A stretch of 64,000 nucleotides of DNA from Nemertoderma westbladi (taxonomy: Eukaryota > Animalia > Xenacoelomorpha), in NCBI GenBank assembly GCA_032718475.1, contig JAUCBJ010000630.1:56937-120936 (forward strand), written 5' to 3'. Position numbers and translations under genes: made by a program. The notes under the pieces are model-generated. The model worked only from the letters and a program-made list of their open reading frames with translations. It was not told the DNA's origin and ran no database searches. Positions 37,111-49,600 of this stretch are shown here, piece by piece. Numbering within the stretch: the stretch's first letter is position 1; the number at the start of each line of letters is the position of its first letter.

Positions 37111-38584
37111 GTGTTCGGAATGGCGAGTAAGCTGATCAGGAAGAGAAAGGCGGAGTCGGGAGGAAAAGAAATATTGGTGGATTTCACCGAAAGACACCCG
37201 GAGGAGAAGACGAGAGGATACTACGAGAGGTTGGAAAGGGGTCACGCGGCACGAGCGCTGCAGGATCACTTCCGGGAGGCGCACGAACAGCGGTTGGTCG
37301 GGACCTACGGGACGCCGTCGCTGGATAACGCGATCTTCCAACACTTCCACTACGTGGTGAAAGGAGACGAGACGAAGTTCGGGATTCCGAAGTATCCGAG
37401 GGAATCGCCGAGGAAGGACTGGAAAAGATTCATAGAGTCCGTCAACAGAGGAGGATATATGATCCTAGATGACGAGGGAACCGTGGAAGACGAAGCGGGT
37501 TCGAGACGAGGAACGGCAGGGTCGGCCAGGACCATACTCTTGCATTTGGCAGCGCCAAATGGGGACATCTTCTTATTCGACCTAGGGACGTATGGGAAGA
37601 AGGACGGGCCGAAATTAGACCGACTGCCGAAAGCGGTACAGGTCTTAGTAAGAGAGAAGTCGACGACGAAAGTGGGATTGGCGATTCGCGAGGACGCGGA
37701 GAGGATCATCGGTCCGGACGCCACCAACCTCCTGGATATGCAGAAAGTCTTTATGGCTATGACGGCACCGGATGGATTGGGGGTGGTCGAGAACTCAGGC
37801 CAATGCGGGGCGGTGGCGATGGGCCAATTATTGGGGCTCGTGTGCCACAAACCAATGGATTGGGGGAAGTTTAGGGAAGAATACGGAGCAGAACTAGCGA
37901 ACTCGCTGAAGTGGGGAACGAGACCGGGAAAGCAGCTGCCTATACCGGTTCCAACGGGGAACCTTTTGTCTCTATTGTAGAGAACCAAGTCACAGGATGG
38001 GGGCGTGTCCACGGTTGCATAACCGATGTCCAAAGTGCCACTTTCGGGGACACTACGGACGCGAGTGTGACTGGATGAGCGACGAGGAGAAGTTCACGAG
38101 GTTCGAGGAGTGGGCCGACGTCGGGGCCATGACGCGCCAGCGCATGAAGGCCCAAGAGTTCAAGTGGGGTTTCTTCCTCATAAACCAGGAGACCCACATG
38201 GAAATCATAAAGCGAAGGTTACCGTTTACCTATCAAGAGGTAGCTACGGCGGCATCGTTCGCCGGAGTTATGAACACGCAACGGTACCTGGACAGGTGGA
38301 CACCAGAGAACCGGAGGGAGTTTAGGGATTTCTTGGCGGAACACGTACCAAAGGCAATGAAGATGATCCTATGGGACGCCACACGAGGGAAACAACCAGG
38401 CCATTCTGAGGGGCCACCGGCGAAGCGGTATCGGGCTTTAATAACACCAGCGCCCAAGGAGCCGACGACCGGGATCAGCAAGGAAGTGGCAGCGAAGGTC
38501 CGGAAGCAGAAAGCGGATGATGCCAGAGGAGCGGTGATAACCAAGAAACGGGCCAGGGAGGAGGACGCGAGGAGGTACAGATAA
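37111..38584 (+). CDS. Extra LTR-element ORF: DnaQ/DEDD-like 3'-5' exonuclease + two CCHC zinc knuckles (frameshifted near 37910-37980)
   Basis: ILDDEG (ExoI), LLHLA...IFLFDL, LP.....L......KVGLAIREDAERI (ExoII), LLDMQ; next frame CLYCREPSHRMGAC and CPKCHFRGHYGREC. Confidence 0.7.
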
Positions 38585-41072
38585 GTTCCCGGAGGCGAGG
38601 GAATGAGACTGAGACTGGGACGTGGTGCGCCTGGAAGGCGCCGCATGTAACGTACGAACTATTAAGTATAAATTTAATTAATGCAAATAACTATATAAGT
38701 GCAATTCGTATGTACGTACGTAGTGATTAGCAGTAAAATACATACGTTTGGAGTAAGTACTATAGTCATACAACCTTTCTCAATTAGCTACTGGGACTGG
38801 GGGACAATTGACTATGGCACTATGGACGAGACAACTGACAATTTCACACTTCTTGAGTGCGGCGGCACGAGAGGGGGGGGAGGTTCGTCAGGAGAGATAA
38901 AACAGTCAAAGTGGACTTGAGAATCGGAATAAGAGTGTGAAGTGCGGAGAGAGTGCGAACGCAATTCTAGTGTGGGGGGGGGGAGAATGAGAGGCTGAGT
39001 AAGGGACGAGGAGGTCCGGGGGTATGAGAGAGTTAGGGTGAGAGTAGAGGGGAGGTAGGGCGAAAGTGTTGGGGAAACAAAAATCGCGTGAAGAGGTAAG
39101 CGCGATCGGCCCGACATGAGACGCCAGGCATAATGGTAGCGTTATCATACCCAGAGGGAGCGGCCTGGAAAGCCGACTCCGAGAGAAAAGAATTCCACCC
39201 CACACCCGATATTAGATCGGGATCCAGCGGGATTGTAGCGCACTTTTTTTGGTTGATGCTATCTTCTTACCGGGAAGATAGCATGGGGGGGAGTGTTAGC
39301 TTATTCAATCCCGCCAACACCCCATAAAGTTATTAGCCGATAAGCAATATTGGGAGCTACGAGATTGGGCAATTAACCAACTCGTGCCAATCCCAATAAG
39401 AGTGGGAAGGAAGCACACAACAGAGGGTCAGGGGCCAAACCCCTAACCCAGAGAGAACAGGTGGAGTGAACGGGAATACTCCACGGGGCGCCAACAAGGG
39501 TATTAACCAATCAGAGGGGGGAATGGCATCGATTGAGTAGCAGTAAGGCCACCGTGCAATATAACCAATAACCTATTAATCAGTGATTCAGTTATCTCAG
39601 TGCAGCAGTGCTAGCGTAGGGTACAGCCAATTAGTTTAGTTAGGGGATCACGGGACTTTAGTTACCGTATCCCGCCTTGTACACATTCACAATATATCTA
39701 TATCTTATAACCTCTTATTATACACCGAACTTCAGAACTCAATTATCTTTACTTCACCCTTACACACGGCGGGGACGCGTGGACTAAATACCACACCGGA
39801 TAAATCGGGATCCCTCCTGGATCCCGTCACATCTTGGAAGGGAATTTATTATTTTAATATAATCTATAGGCCTATCAGCCTATTGGATTGCAAGCGTTGT
39901 TGCAACATAATTGTATATTTCATATGCTGATATGGCGGCCCTGAAAAGAGCCGTTTGGGTTGGTTAGATCATATCTAGTTATATCCTATAGGCTATATTA
40001 ATCGATTCTCGATTATATCCTCATATCCAGTTTTTCTATTTTCTGTTTCTAATGTACAGTATGTGTGCCACACAGTAGTCTTTACTAGGCCTACTGTAGG
40101 ATTTATATGTATGCTAATGTATGTTACTATATATGCTAATGTATGTTACTATATATGCTAATGTGTTGTTACTACTGTATGCATGTCTGTATGTAGCTTT
40201 GTATGTGTAAATTAATATGCATTTTCTATCCTTAGCTCTATATAATCGTATGTAAAATGTTAAACTATGTGCACTTGGTGGCTGTAATAATGGGTCTACC
40301 CGATCAGCTGCCATCTTCACAGAGTTTCACTGCACACTTACGTTTCATACTCAATTATATAATACAATAACTAGGTTTTCTATTGTTATTATGTATTTGT
40401 GCATGCTTCTCTGTGTCGAAATTACGTTAAAACATTAAACATTAAACATATCGTACTGTACTACTGTAGTTGGACAAGAGTAGACATTCAGTACTACCGG
40501 TTAATGCTTGAAAATAAGCAAGGAGATTACAAGCACAACTTTGGATTGTGCAGCACAACCTGGAAAGGGACAAAGGGTTGGGTTGGTTGCGTAGGGTTGG
40601 GTTGGTTGTCCATTTGGTTGTAGAGTAGGCCTACGGGAGAGAAGCTCCTCAATAGCGCAAATTCAATAACACACTCCTCCAGTCTCGATCAGTTTACCGA
40701 CCTTGATGTAATTAAATTCAGCCATGCCATGACAGAGACAGAGTAGGCCCATACAGTAATAATAGACCTAGTGCTCTTGTATAAATACAATACAACACAA
40801 TATAATTATTAAAAGTAACAATATAAATAACACAATAAACAATAAAAGTAATAGGCCCATTAGTATAAAACAATATCCGCATTGTGCTGAAGATGGCGAA
40901 CAATACTGCTGTACCGGTACCGGTACCAATTTTTATCAGTTTCTATCAGATTTCAGGCTTGTTCGGCTAGTGTCGTTTTAAAATAAAAAAATATTTTTGT
41001 GTGGTGTATCATACTGTAATAATTTATATTATTGTTTCTTTATTGGTTCGCAGCTCCACGAAAGGCCCACTC

Positions 41073-41786
41073 ATGTTTACATCACCACGTACCGGTATTT
41101 CGGTTATTTCGGGTTGTTGTAGTTCCTGTGGGAAAGTGTTTGGATATAAATCCCAACTAATGGAGCACGAACGGGTTCACTCTGGTGAGAAACCGTTCAG
41201 CTGCTCTACATGTAGTAAAGCTTTCAGCCAACAGTCCAATCTAACAACCCACCAACGCACTCACTCTGGTGAGAAACCGTTCAGCTGCTCTACATGTAGT
41301 AAAGGTTTTAGCAGACAGTCCAATCTAACGACTCACCAACGCACTCACTCTGGTGAGAAACCGTTCAGCTGCTCTACATGTAGTAAAGGTTTTAGCAGAC
41401 AGTCCAATCTAACGACTCACCAACGCACTCACTCTGGTGAGAAACCGTTCAGCTGCTCTACATGTAGTAAAGGTTTTAGCCAACATTCCAATCTAACAAC
41501 CCACCAACGCACTCATTCCGGGGAGAAACCGTTCCAATGTATTATGTGCAGCAAAGCTTTCTCACGGAACGACCATCTAATAAAACACAATCGTACTCAC
41601 ACTGGAGATAAACCCTACAGTTGTAACGTCTGTAGTAAATCATTCATCCAGAATTCCTATCTAACAACCCACCAACGTATCCACACAGGAGATAAACCCT
41701 ACATCTGTGATACTTGTGGTAAATCTTTCTCCCAAACATCGAATCTATCGACCCACAAACGCAACCAGCACAGCGTGAAGAATTAG
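41073..41786 (+). pseudogene. Zinc-finger-only duplicate of the PRDM9-like gene (8 C2H2 fingers; KRAB/SET deleted)
   Basis: Paralogous to 61020-61526 with shared 3' flanks; the deletion junction at ~41100-41115 joins sequence equivalent to ~54912 and ~61020; in-frame ATG at 41073. Confidence 0.8.
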
Positions 41787-42829
41787 TAAACTGTTGTTTA
41801 TCGAGGGAAGGAAAGTCTCTAGTCTCTCGATCTGATTAATTACCTGAACTTCTTCTTTCCCTCAAGGAAGAATAGACTAAATGAATTATATTAGGATTCG
41901 TTTTATGAATAAATAACATTTTATTTTGTAATAGTTGTTACTATAAAAATTCTGTAGTTTTACAACCGGAACTATAAATATTTTTCCACTTAGGAGGCCC
42001 TATCCAACAATATTGTAGGAACAAACAAATGGAACTGATAAAGGAAGGTCGACCTACCTAGTGGTCTTTTAGAATATTAATTTATACCTAATGTATAACT
42101 TATTTAATTTAGTATCAATAATTAATTAATAATAAAATATAATTTATGTAATTTATATATGAAGTTATCATTTGTGCCCGCTACAGTATAGTAACACATT
42201 GACAATACGTTGTCAGTGTTGGGGGTTAACCGTTAACATTGAAACCGCATATAATCGGTGTAGTCACATAACTTACCCCAAGTTCACATATCTATCTCAA
42301 TTATTTACAGTAACTTTGTCAATTTTGATCTTTCTTTTATCCTCTGTAGTTCCATTCACAGCAAGAAATTCAGTTTTCTTTTGATTTACAATCATACCAG
42401 ACTGGGCGCGAAAATGTAACACAATCAAATGCCTTTATGAAATTTTCGCAAGAGGTCAGAAAAATAACAGTGTCTTCCATAAACAACATTATGTGAAGGG
42501 CTTTCAATCTACCACCATCGTCGTTTACAGCTTTAACCATCTAAACGCACGAACTATATTGAAACATACAGAAACTGAACTGGAAGCTGGCCATTGTACA
42601 AATAAATGTCACCCACAAAAGTAAAATAGTTGAAAAACTTATAGCTGCTAGCATTCTACGCTAGAAAGCAATAATAGGGCCTAATGTCCTGCCTGATTCT
42701 ATACATTCTTTTGTAGTTTATGCTGTTTATGCGTTTGCCGTAGAGGTTTGAACACTGCCAGGAAAATATAATGACACAGAGCTTATGTAATATTCCAATA
42801 ATGGCCACTTTTCTTTTACACCAGCATAC

Positions 42830-43612
42830 TTAAACGTGGGTTTTTTTAAATGTCGATGGACTAATTTCGAAATTAGGTGATCCTAACTTCCTGAAGCTCG
42901 TTAGTAAATATGACCTATTTATCTGCGCTGAAACCTGGTTGAACCCTAACTTTGTTCACAGTGTTGATATTCTTGGTTACACATTTTTTGTAAATTGTCG
43001 TAAATTAAAGCATAAAAGTGCGACAAAGCATAAAAACGTTTTAGTGGTGGAATAATTATTATATATTATAAGCAGGAATTAAGCGCCTTTATCACATTGG
43101 AGGATATTTTCTCTCATGAAGACATACCCTGGCTTAGAGCTGGTCAAAGTCTACTAATATGTGCACTGTGCTGTGCAGTATATATTCCCGCCTTCAAAAT
43201 CGGCTGCACAAGAAAGTGATCCCATATCAAACTTCGATTTTATCGAGAATACTATTAGTGCTATAAGTGCTATTTATTCTGAAAATTTGTTAATTGTAGG
43301 TGAACTAAAAGCAAGAACAGGCACTATAAATGATTATATTGATAATGATTCGCTTGGCCGCTAATGAATGAATCGAACTAATCGAATGAATCTACTGGAA
43401 TTGGAATATTTACCGGATAACTACGTATGTGACTACTTAGACCTTGCAACAAGTTGTGTACAGTCTAGTAGAGTAAATAAGGACATAGTAGTCAATACAT
43501 ATGGTCATAGACTATTAGCCTTATGTATTGCTTCAGGTATAAGAATATTTAATGGCCGAATTGGCAGTGATAAATCTGTTGGTAATTTTACTTCCTTTTA
43601 CCCCAATGGAAA
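42830..43612 (+). mobile_element. Decayed LINE ORF2 APE endonuclease region (continues ~45480-46530; duplicate 62600-63381)
   Basis: FLNVDGL, ICAETW, GELKARTG, NTYGHRLL..C and later STIDY, LTEDEVLEAIGRLKTGKASG motifs with stops. Confidence 0.75.
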
Positions 43613-44114
43613 CGAGACTATGTCTCATGAGGTTATCCCCGACATCATTATCTTTTGCTCTGTACCGTTAACCGTTATCATTCCGCGCCCGTATGTATGC
43701 TCCCTGTGCGCCTTCCTGTGCTTCCTATGCGCCTGTATGTTCCCCTTTTTTAATATTTGTAATTATATCCACATCTACATCATCATGATTCTTTTTAGTG
43801 TGCACTCCCATAAAAACTTATTTGTTCAAACCAAACCGTTTCTCATCTATTGTTTTTAGTATACAATACCATAATTTTAAAGTCCTACAGCTACACCTTA
43901 CCGTAATCTAATATCCCAAACGATAAAACCGAATATTTTACAGTGTAGGCCTACTGTAATTAATTATAATAATGAATAAATTTGTAAATACTTGTTTCAG
44001 TTTCGATTGTACTGTTGTGTGTAACGTTTAACGTATAGCCTATGTTTTTAATATTTTTACTGTATTTTGATGTCAATAAACAATTCCAATTCCAATTCCT
44101 AATCCTCCATTCCT

Positions 44115-45475
44115 TTTCCCCCCAAGAAAGGAGACCTCGGTATACCAACAAACTATCGTGGGATCTGTCTGCTTGTGGTAGCTGCCAAAATATACAATAA
44201 AATGATTCTATATAGGATTAGGCCTCACATAGAGAATCTACTGCATAAGAGCCAAAACGGATTTCGACCAAGTAGATCAACAATAGCTCAGATACTTGCA
44301 CTACGGAGACTGATTGAAGGAATTAAGTCGAAGAATCTCCCCGCAGTCATGACTTTTGTGGACTTCAAGAAGGCATTCGACTCCATCCATAGAGTCAAAA
44401 TGCTTGAAATCCTAAGAGCTTATGGAATACCAGAAGTAATTGTTGCTGGCATTGGATTGTTATATTGTGACACAGATGCGCAGGTACTCTCACCAGATGG
44501 TGAAACTGAGTTTTTCTCAATCCTGGCTGGGGTACTGCAAGGTGACACAGAAGCACCTTTACTATTTGTAATTGTGCTGGATTACGCAATGAGGACAGCC
44601 ACAAAGGGTGAAGACCTGGGATTCACACTTCAAGAACGCAGAAGTAGTAGATATCCGCCAACTACAGTCACAGACACCGACTTTGCGGATGACATCGCCC
44701 TGCTCTCTAATACTCTAGCAGATGCACAGCTTCTACTAAATAAAGTGGAGAGGGCTGCTAAGGAGGTTGGATTGCGTATAAATTCTACCAAGACCGAATT
44801 CATGACCTTTAATGTTGATGGAAACTTGACAACCATTGACAATATTCAACTAAGAAAGGTTGACGACTTCCAGTACCTTGGATCATAGATAGAGAGTAGC
44901 AAAAAGGACATAGAAGTTAGGAAAGCAAAGGCATGGGTAGCTTTATCAAAAATGGATACCATCTGGAAATCAGATCTCTCCAGACACCTGAAGACTAAGT
45001 TCTTTCGAGCCACAGTGGAAAGTGTATTTTTATACGGGGGTGAGACCTGGACACTGACTAAATCACTTGAACAACGAATTGATGGTTGCTACACAAGACT
45101 ACTAAGGGCAGCCCTAAACATCAGCTGGAGACAACACATGACAAACGCCGAGCTTTATGGTACAATACCACCTGTATCAACCACCCTCCGTGAACGCAGA
45201 TTAAGATTCAGTGGGCACTGCTGGCGAAGTAAAGAAGAGGTCATACCAGATCTACTTTTCTGGCAACCAACTCATGGAAAGCGTAGTCGTGGACGACCAG
45301 CCATAACATATATAGATCAACTTGATATTGAATCATATATATATATATATATTATATTGATATATCAATATTGAACTTGGGAGAAACGAAATTGCGACAA
45401 CTATGGAGAATCGGGAAGCCTGGAAGGATCTCATTTCCACTGTCCGAGTTCGCTCGACCTAGTAGTAGTAGTAAT
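44115..45475 (+). mobile_element. 5'-truncated RTE-clade LINE (RT), (agt)n tail; duplicate start at ~63885-64000
   Basis: PKKGDL..TNYRGI, QNGFRPSRST, DFKKAFDS, GVLQGD, FADD, FQYLGS; stop at 44886. Confidence 0.85.
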
Positions 45476-46626
45476 AAAATGGGCCAATCAACAATTGACT
45501 ATATGTTAGGACTAACGCCGGTCCATAAGCGTTGCCTGAGTTTTGATATTGGGGGTCCTAACATTTTTCAACAAATTGTGTGATTTCTGCACAGTTTTTT
45601 GTTGTTGAACTCCCAAATTCCTTACCCAGGACTAATGCTCCAATCCAAAGTAGGGTAGATGAGTATAAGTATTTTAATATAAGTATAAGATAAGATAAGT
45701 ATTTAGTATAAATGAAACCAGAATTATTCCGAGGACTTTGTTAGAATGCTAGAATCGCCTAATTTAACTGGTGGCTGGAACTGTATTGTAGATATGATCA
45801 ATGATAGTATTGACGCCATGGATGAGGATGATGGTGTGGACAAGGTTGTTAACAAGTTCAATGAAACAATTTTAGCTGCTGCGGATCCCTTCTTTAGATC
45901 CTTCACGCAAATTAGTGACGACATCACATATCCGTCTCAGACTCAACCTTGGTATGACATCGAATGCTTGGAGTGCAAATATGCCTTCAGGAGAGCAACA
46001 CTTCGTTGGATATCCAGTGGGTCGTAGGAATCAAGAGCAAACCTTTTAACTAAAAGGGCACCTTTTGCCAGGGCCATTCGAGTGAAAAGTACAAATTTAA
46101 GAAAAGTCAGAGATCCAGGTTGGAAAATCTCAAGGTAAGTGACAACAAGAAGTACTGGAAGTTATTAAAGTCATCTTCCAATGTTAAGCAAGCTAACAAG
46201 GTAGGGCCTAGTTAAGATAATTCCCTGCAACACTTTGCTGTATTGTCCGGTAATGGTCGGTCATTCGAAGACATGGGGGTTACTCCCGAAACAAACATTG
46301 ATCTTGAAGATGCTAAAAGTATTTTTAAAACACCACTCAGTCAGCCTTTAACTGAAGATGAGGTTTTGGAAGCAATCGGGCGTCTGAAAACAGGTAAGGC
46401 GAGCGGCATGGTCCTAATTCTAAATGAATTTTTAATCTTTGGACACTCTCAAGTTGTCCCCATCATTACAGGGATATTTAAGTTAATTCTCTTTTCTGGA
46501 AATTTCCCATCTGCCTGGTCATACTGTAACTGTTAAACATTATAACGTATATTTTTCCGCTAAACATTATAATTTTTTGGAGGAAGAATGGGGAGGTTGG
46601 TGGGTTAAAATTAATGAATTCATCCG

Positions 46627-49600
46627 TGTGACGGGATCAAGGGATCCCGACCGGTTTGTTAGGCTACGCGTCACCGTGTTATTGAGAAAGATAGTAGTTT
46701 GTTGTTATCGCTTTGATATTCGTAATAGATATGTAAATGCATAGTAGATAATAGCACAGTTGACAGAATAATACAGGAAAAGCAGTAAATATATGTAATA
46801 TGTAGTGACGGTGACGGTGCAAAATGTCACCGGTCTGCACTGAACTGAATGACTGAGTAAACTGGATAACTGACCGGTAGCAGGATAATATATGTATAAT
46901 TGCTACATTACTTTGGCCTTTGTCCAGTGGATACTTTTCCCCGCTCCCATTGGTTGATGACCTACTTCACGCCTCTCACCTCTGTGGGAGTGCTTCCCCA
47001 CCGCTGTTGGTTATCTGCCCTCTCGAGGTGGTTTGACCTCTAACCTCCCTTTGTGTGGCTTTTGGGGATTGTGTTATCCCCGTTATTGGGTGTGATACGA
47101 GATTGGGTGTTATCAATCTCGTATCTCCAATATTGCTGAAAAGGCGCCACTGTCCTTACTTATGAGGGTAATGAGGCGGAATTGAATCCGTTCACACTCC
47201 CCCCCATGCTATCTTCCCGGTGAGAAGATAGCATCACCTATGAGTGCGCTTCAATTCCGCTGGAACCCGATCTACTATCGGGTGTGGGGTGGAGTTCTTT
47301 TACTTGGAGTCGGCTTTTCAGGCCGCTCCCTCTGGGTATGATATTACTACCCCCTCTTGGTGCAACCCCAACCTATGTTGCACCAAGACATCTGGAGTCT
47401 CGGTTCGAGACAATTGTGGACTCCTCTCACACAATTTTAAAAACTCTCTCACCCTGAACTCTAACTTCTCACTCTAACTCCACTCTAACTCCACTCTACT
47501 CTATTCTAGTCTATCTAACTCCACTCCACTCTATCTAACTTCACTCCACTCTACTTTAACTCCACTCTGAATCGCACTCCTCTCACTCTCTCTCATCCAG
47601 TCAACACCTCCTCTCCATACTTCCCTGTGCTCCTCTACTCTCTGCCACTCCCAAAGTCCAAAGCCACTCCTAAATCTCTTATGCTACCATACTGTGTGCT
47701 ATCATTCTACCTACCTTGCTACTTACTTCTTACTTACTACTAACTCTACTCTCTTGCTACTTACTTCTTACTTTCTACTTATTGACTCTAATACTAACTT
47801 ACTTGCTACTTACTTCTTACTTCTTCACTCTACTAACTCTGCTAACTTTACTAACTATACTAACTATATTAACTCTCTACGTAACTCTCTTAACTCTACT
47901 GATTCTTCTAACTAACTCTCTTAACTCTACTAACTCCTAACTCTACGATCTAAAATCACGCCCGAGCCAGCCCCGTGAACCACTACTCCAGGAGGACCAA
48001 CCAAGCAGACCATTCGAGGACACCTCTGCAGACCTATTTGATGTTAGTGGACGTAGCTACCTCGTCTACACCTGCCGGTTCTCTGGATGGCCCTGTGTCA
48101 CGGAGTGGAGGTCCCCTCCCACAGTGTCTGCAGTCACCAGGGCTCTCTCACGTGAATTCTCTTCAACTGGAGTACCTATACGACTCCGCACTGATGGTGG
48201 ACCCCAATTTGATGTCCATGACTTCCGTGCCTTTGCCCAATGTTGGGGTGTCTCCCTCTCACCTTCCTCACCCTACAACCCATCCTTCAATGGCCACGCT
48301 GAGGCGGCAGTCAAAGCGATGAAGAACCTGGTTAAGAAGTCTGGATTCCTAACAGATGCATTCAACCAGGGCTCTTGGAATGGCGTAACACTCCGAACTC
48401 CACAGGACTGTCCCCTGCACAGATTGTATTCGGTGCCCCCTTACGCTCCCTCGTACCGGCACATCACACAACTTACGCCCCCCAGTGGTGTACTATCGCC
48501 GAGGTGGCTGACCGTCGCTCAGGTTTTAAGGCAACTGAACGGGCAACCCATGACCAGCACACCCGTGGCCTTCCCCATCTCTACCTGGGAACCACAGTTC
48601 TACTACAAGACCCCAACACTAAGCGTTGGGATCATACTGGCACCATCGTACAGGTTGGGCCCCACAGAGATTATAAGATTAAACTAGCGAGTGGGCGTGT
48701 GTACCACCGTAACCGCCGCTTTCTATGCCCAGCTACACCTCCACACCCCACCCCAACTCTGGAACCCACTCAACCGCCGCAAACCCAGGTTTCAACTGAC
48801 CCCACCACCACCACTGCGCCACAGCCAGAGCGGCGTGTACAATTCGCACCTGAGCTTTTGCCTTTACCACAACGGCGCAGCCAGCGAAAAATCCGCCCCC
48901 CAGACTATCTTTAGTTTAGCTGCGCCATAGGTCACCTACGCTCAGCTAGAAGGGGGGTGTGGAGATCCCTTGAGACTGACCCAATGCATGGCTTACTACG
49001 TTTAGATACTGTATGATATATTCTGGTAGTCTGTACCTTTTACCGGTACTGCTATATATATATATTAACCTGACCAATCCTGCAGTCCTGTAGTCTAATC
49101 ATGACTACAGGACTACTGCTGTACTGCATGCTGGATTACAGCAATACTGCCTTTTACCGCTTACATGTATTATATTAATATAAACAATATTGCTTTGCTT
49201 ATATCAACTTAACTTGTTTATGATCCTACATCGGATCATCACAGGCCCTACGTACACAACTTCAGGCTCCATAACCCCGGATCGCCACAGTTCGAATAGT
49301 TCGGTGGCGACCCCCCTCGCTCTCTCACTCGCCAGTTCTCCCTGCCCGAAACGAACTAGGTATCTGAAATGTTTATTCGACTCACCTAGCCGATGGCTCA
49401 ACTTCCCCTGGTCTACCTTTGCTCCCTCTCTGGCCTCCTTGAGCTGTTTCTTTGTGGCGTTGTAGGCCCGTCGAAGCCGATCGCTGGTCCCGACGTCCTC
49501 GTCGCCGACATCTCCTCCTCCTCTCCTGGTTCGGCGTCGTACCGGCGGCCCCACCGTCGCCGTTCCGGTGGGCCGTCCGTCACCCTCGGCCTGTGGCTGG

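Larger units (their letters stand above)
29225..39831 (+). mobile_element. BEL/Pao LTR retrotransposon, non-autonomous, very recent
   Basis: 538-bp TG..CA LTRs at 29225-29762 and 39294-39831 (one mismatch seen); 5-bp TSD TCTTG; PPT GGGGGGGAG; empty site at ~54136; BEL-type Gag and protease. Confidence 0.95.

Noticed and set aside
37111-38584. env gene
   Set aside because: No signal peptide or transmembrane segment visible; motifs fit an exonuclease plus zinc knuckles
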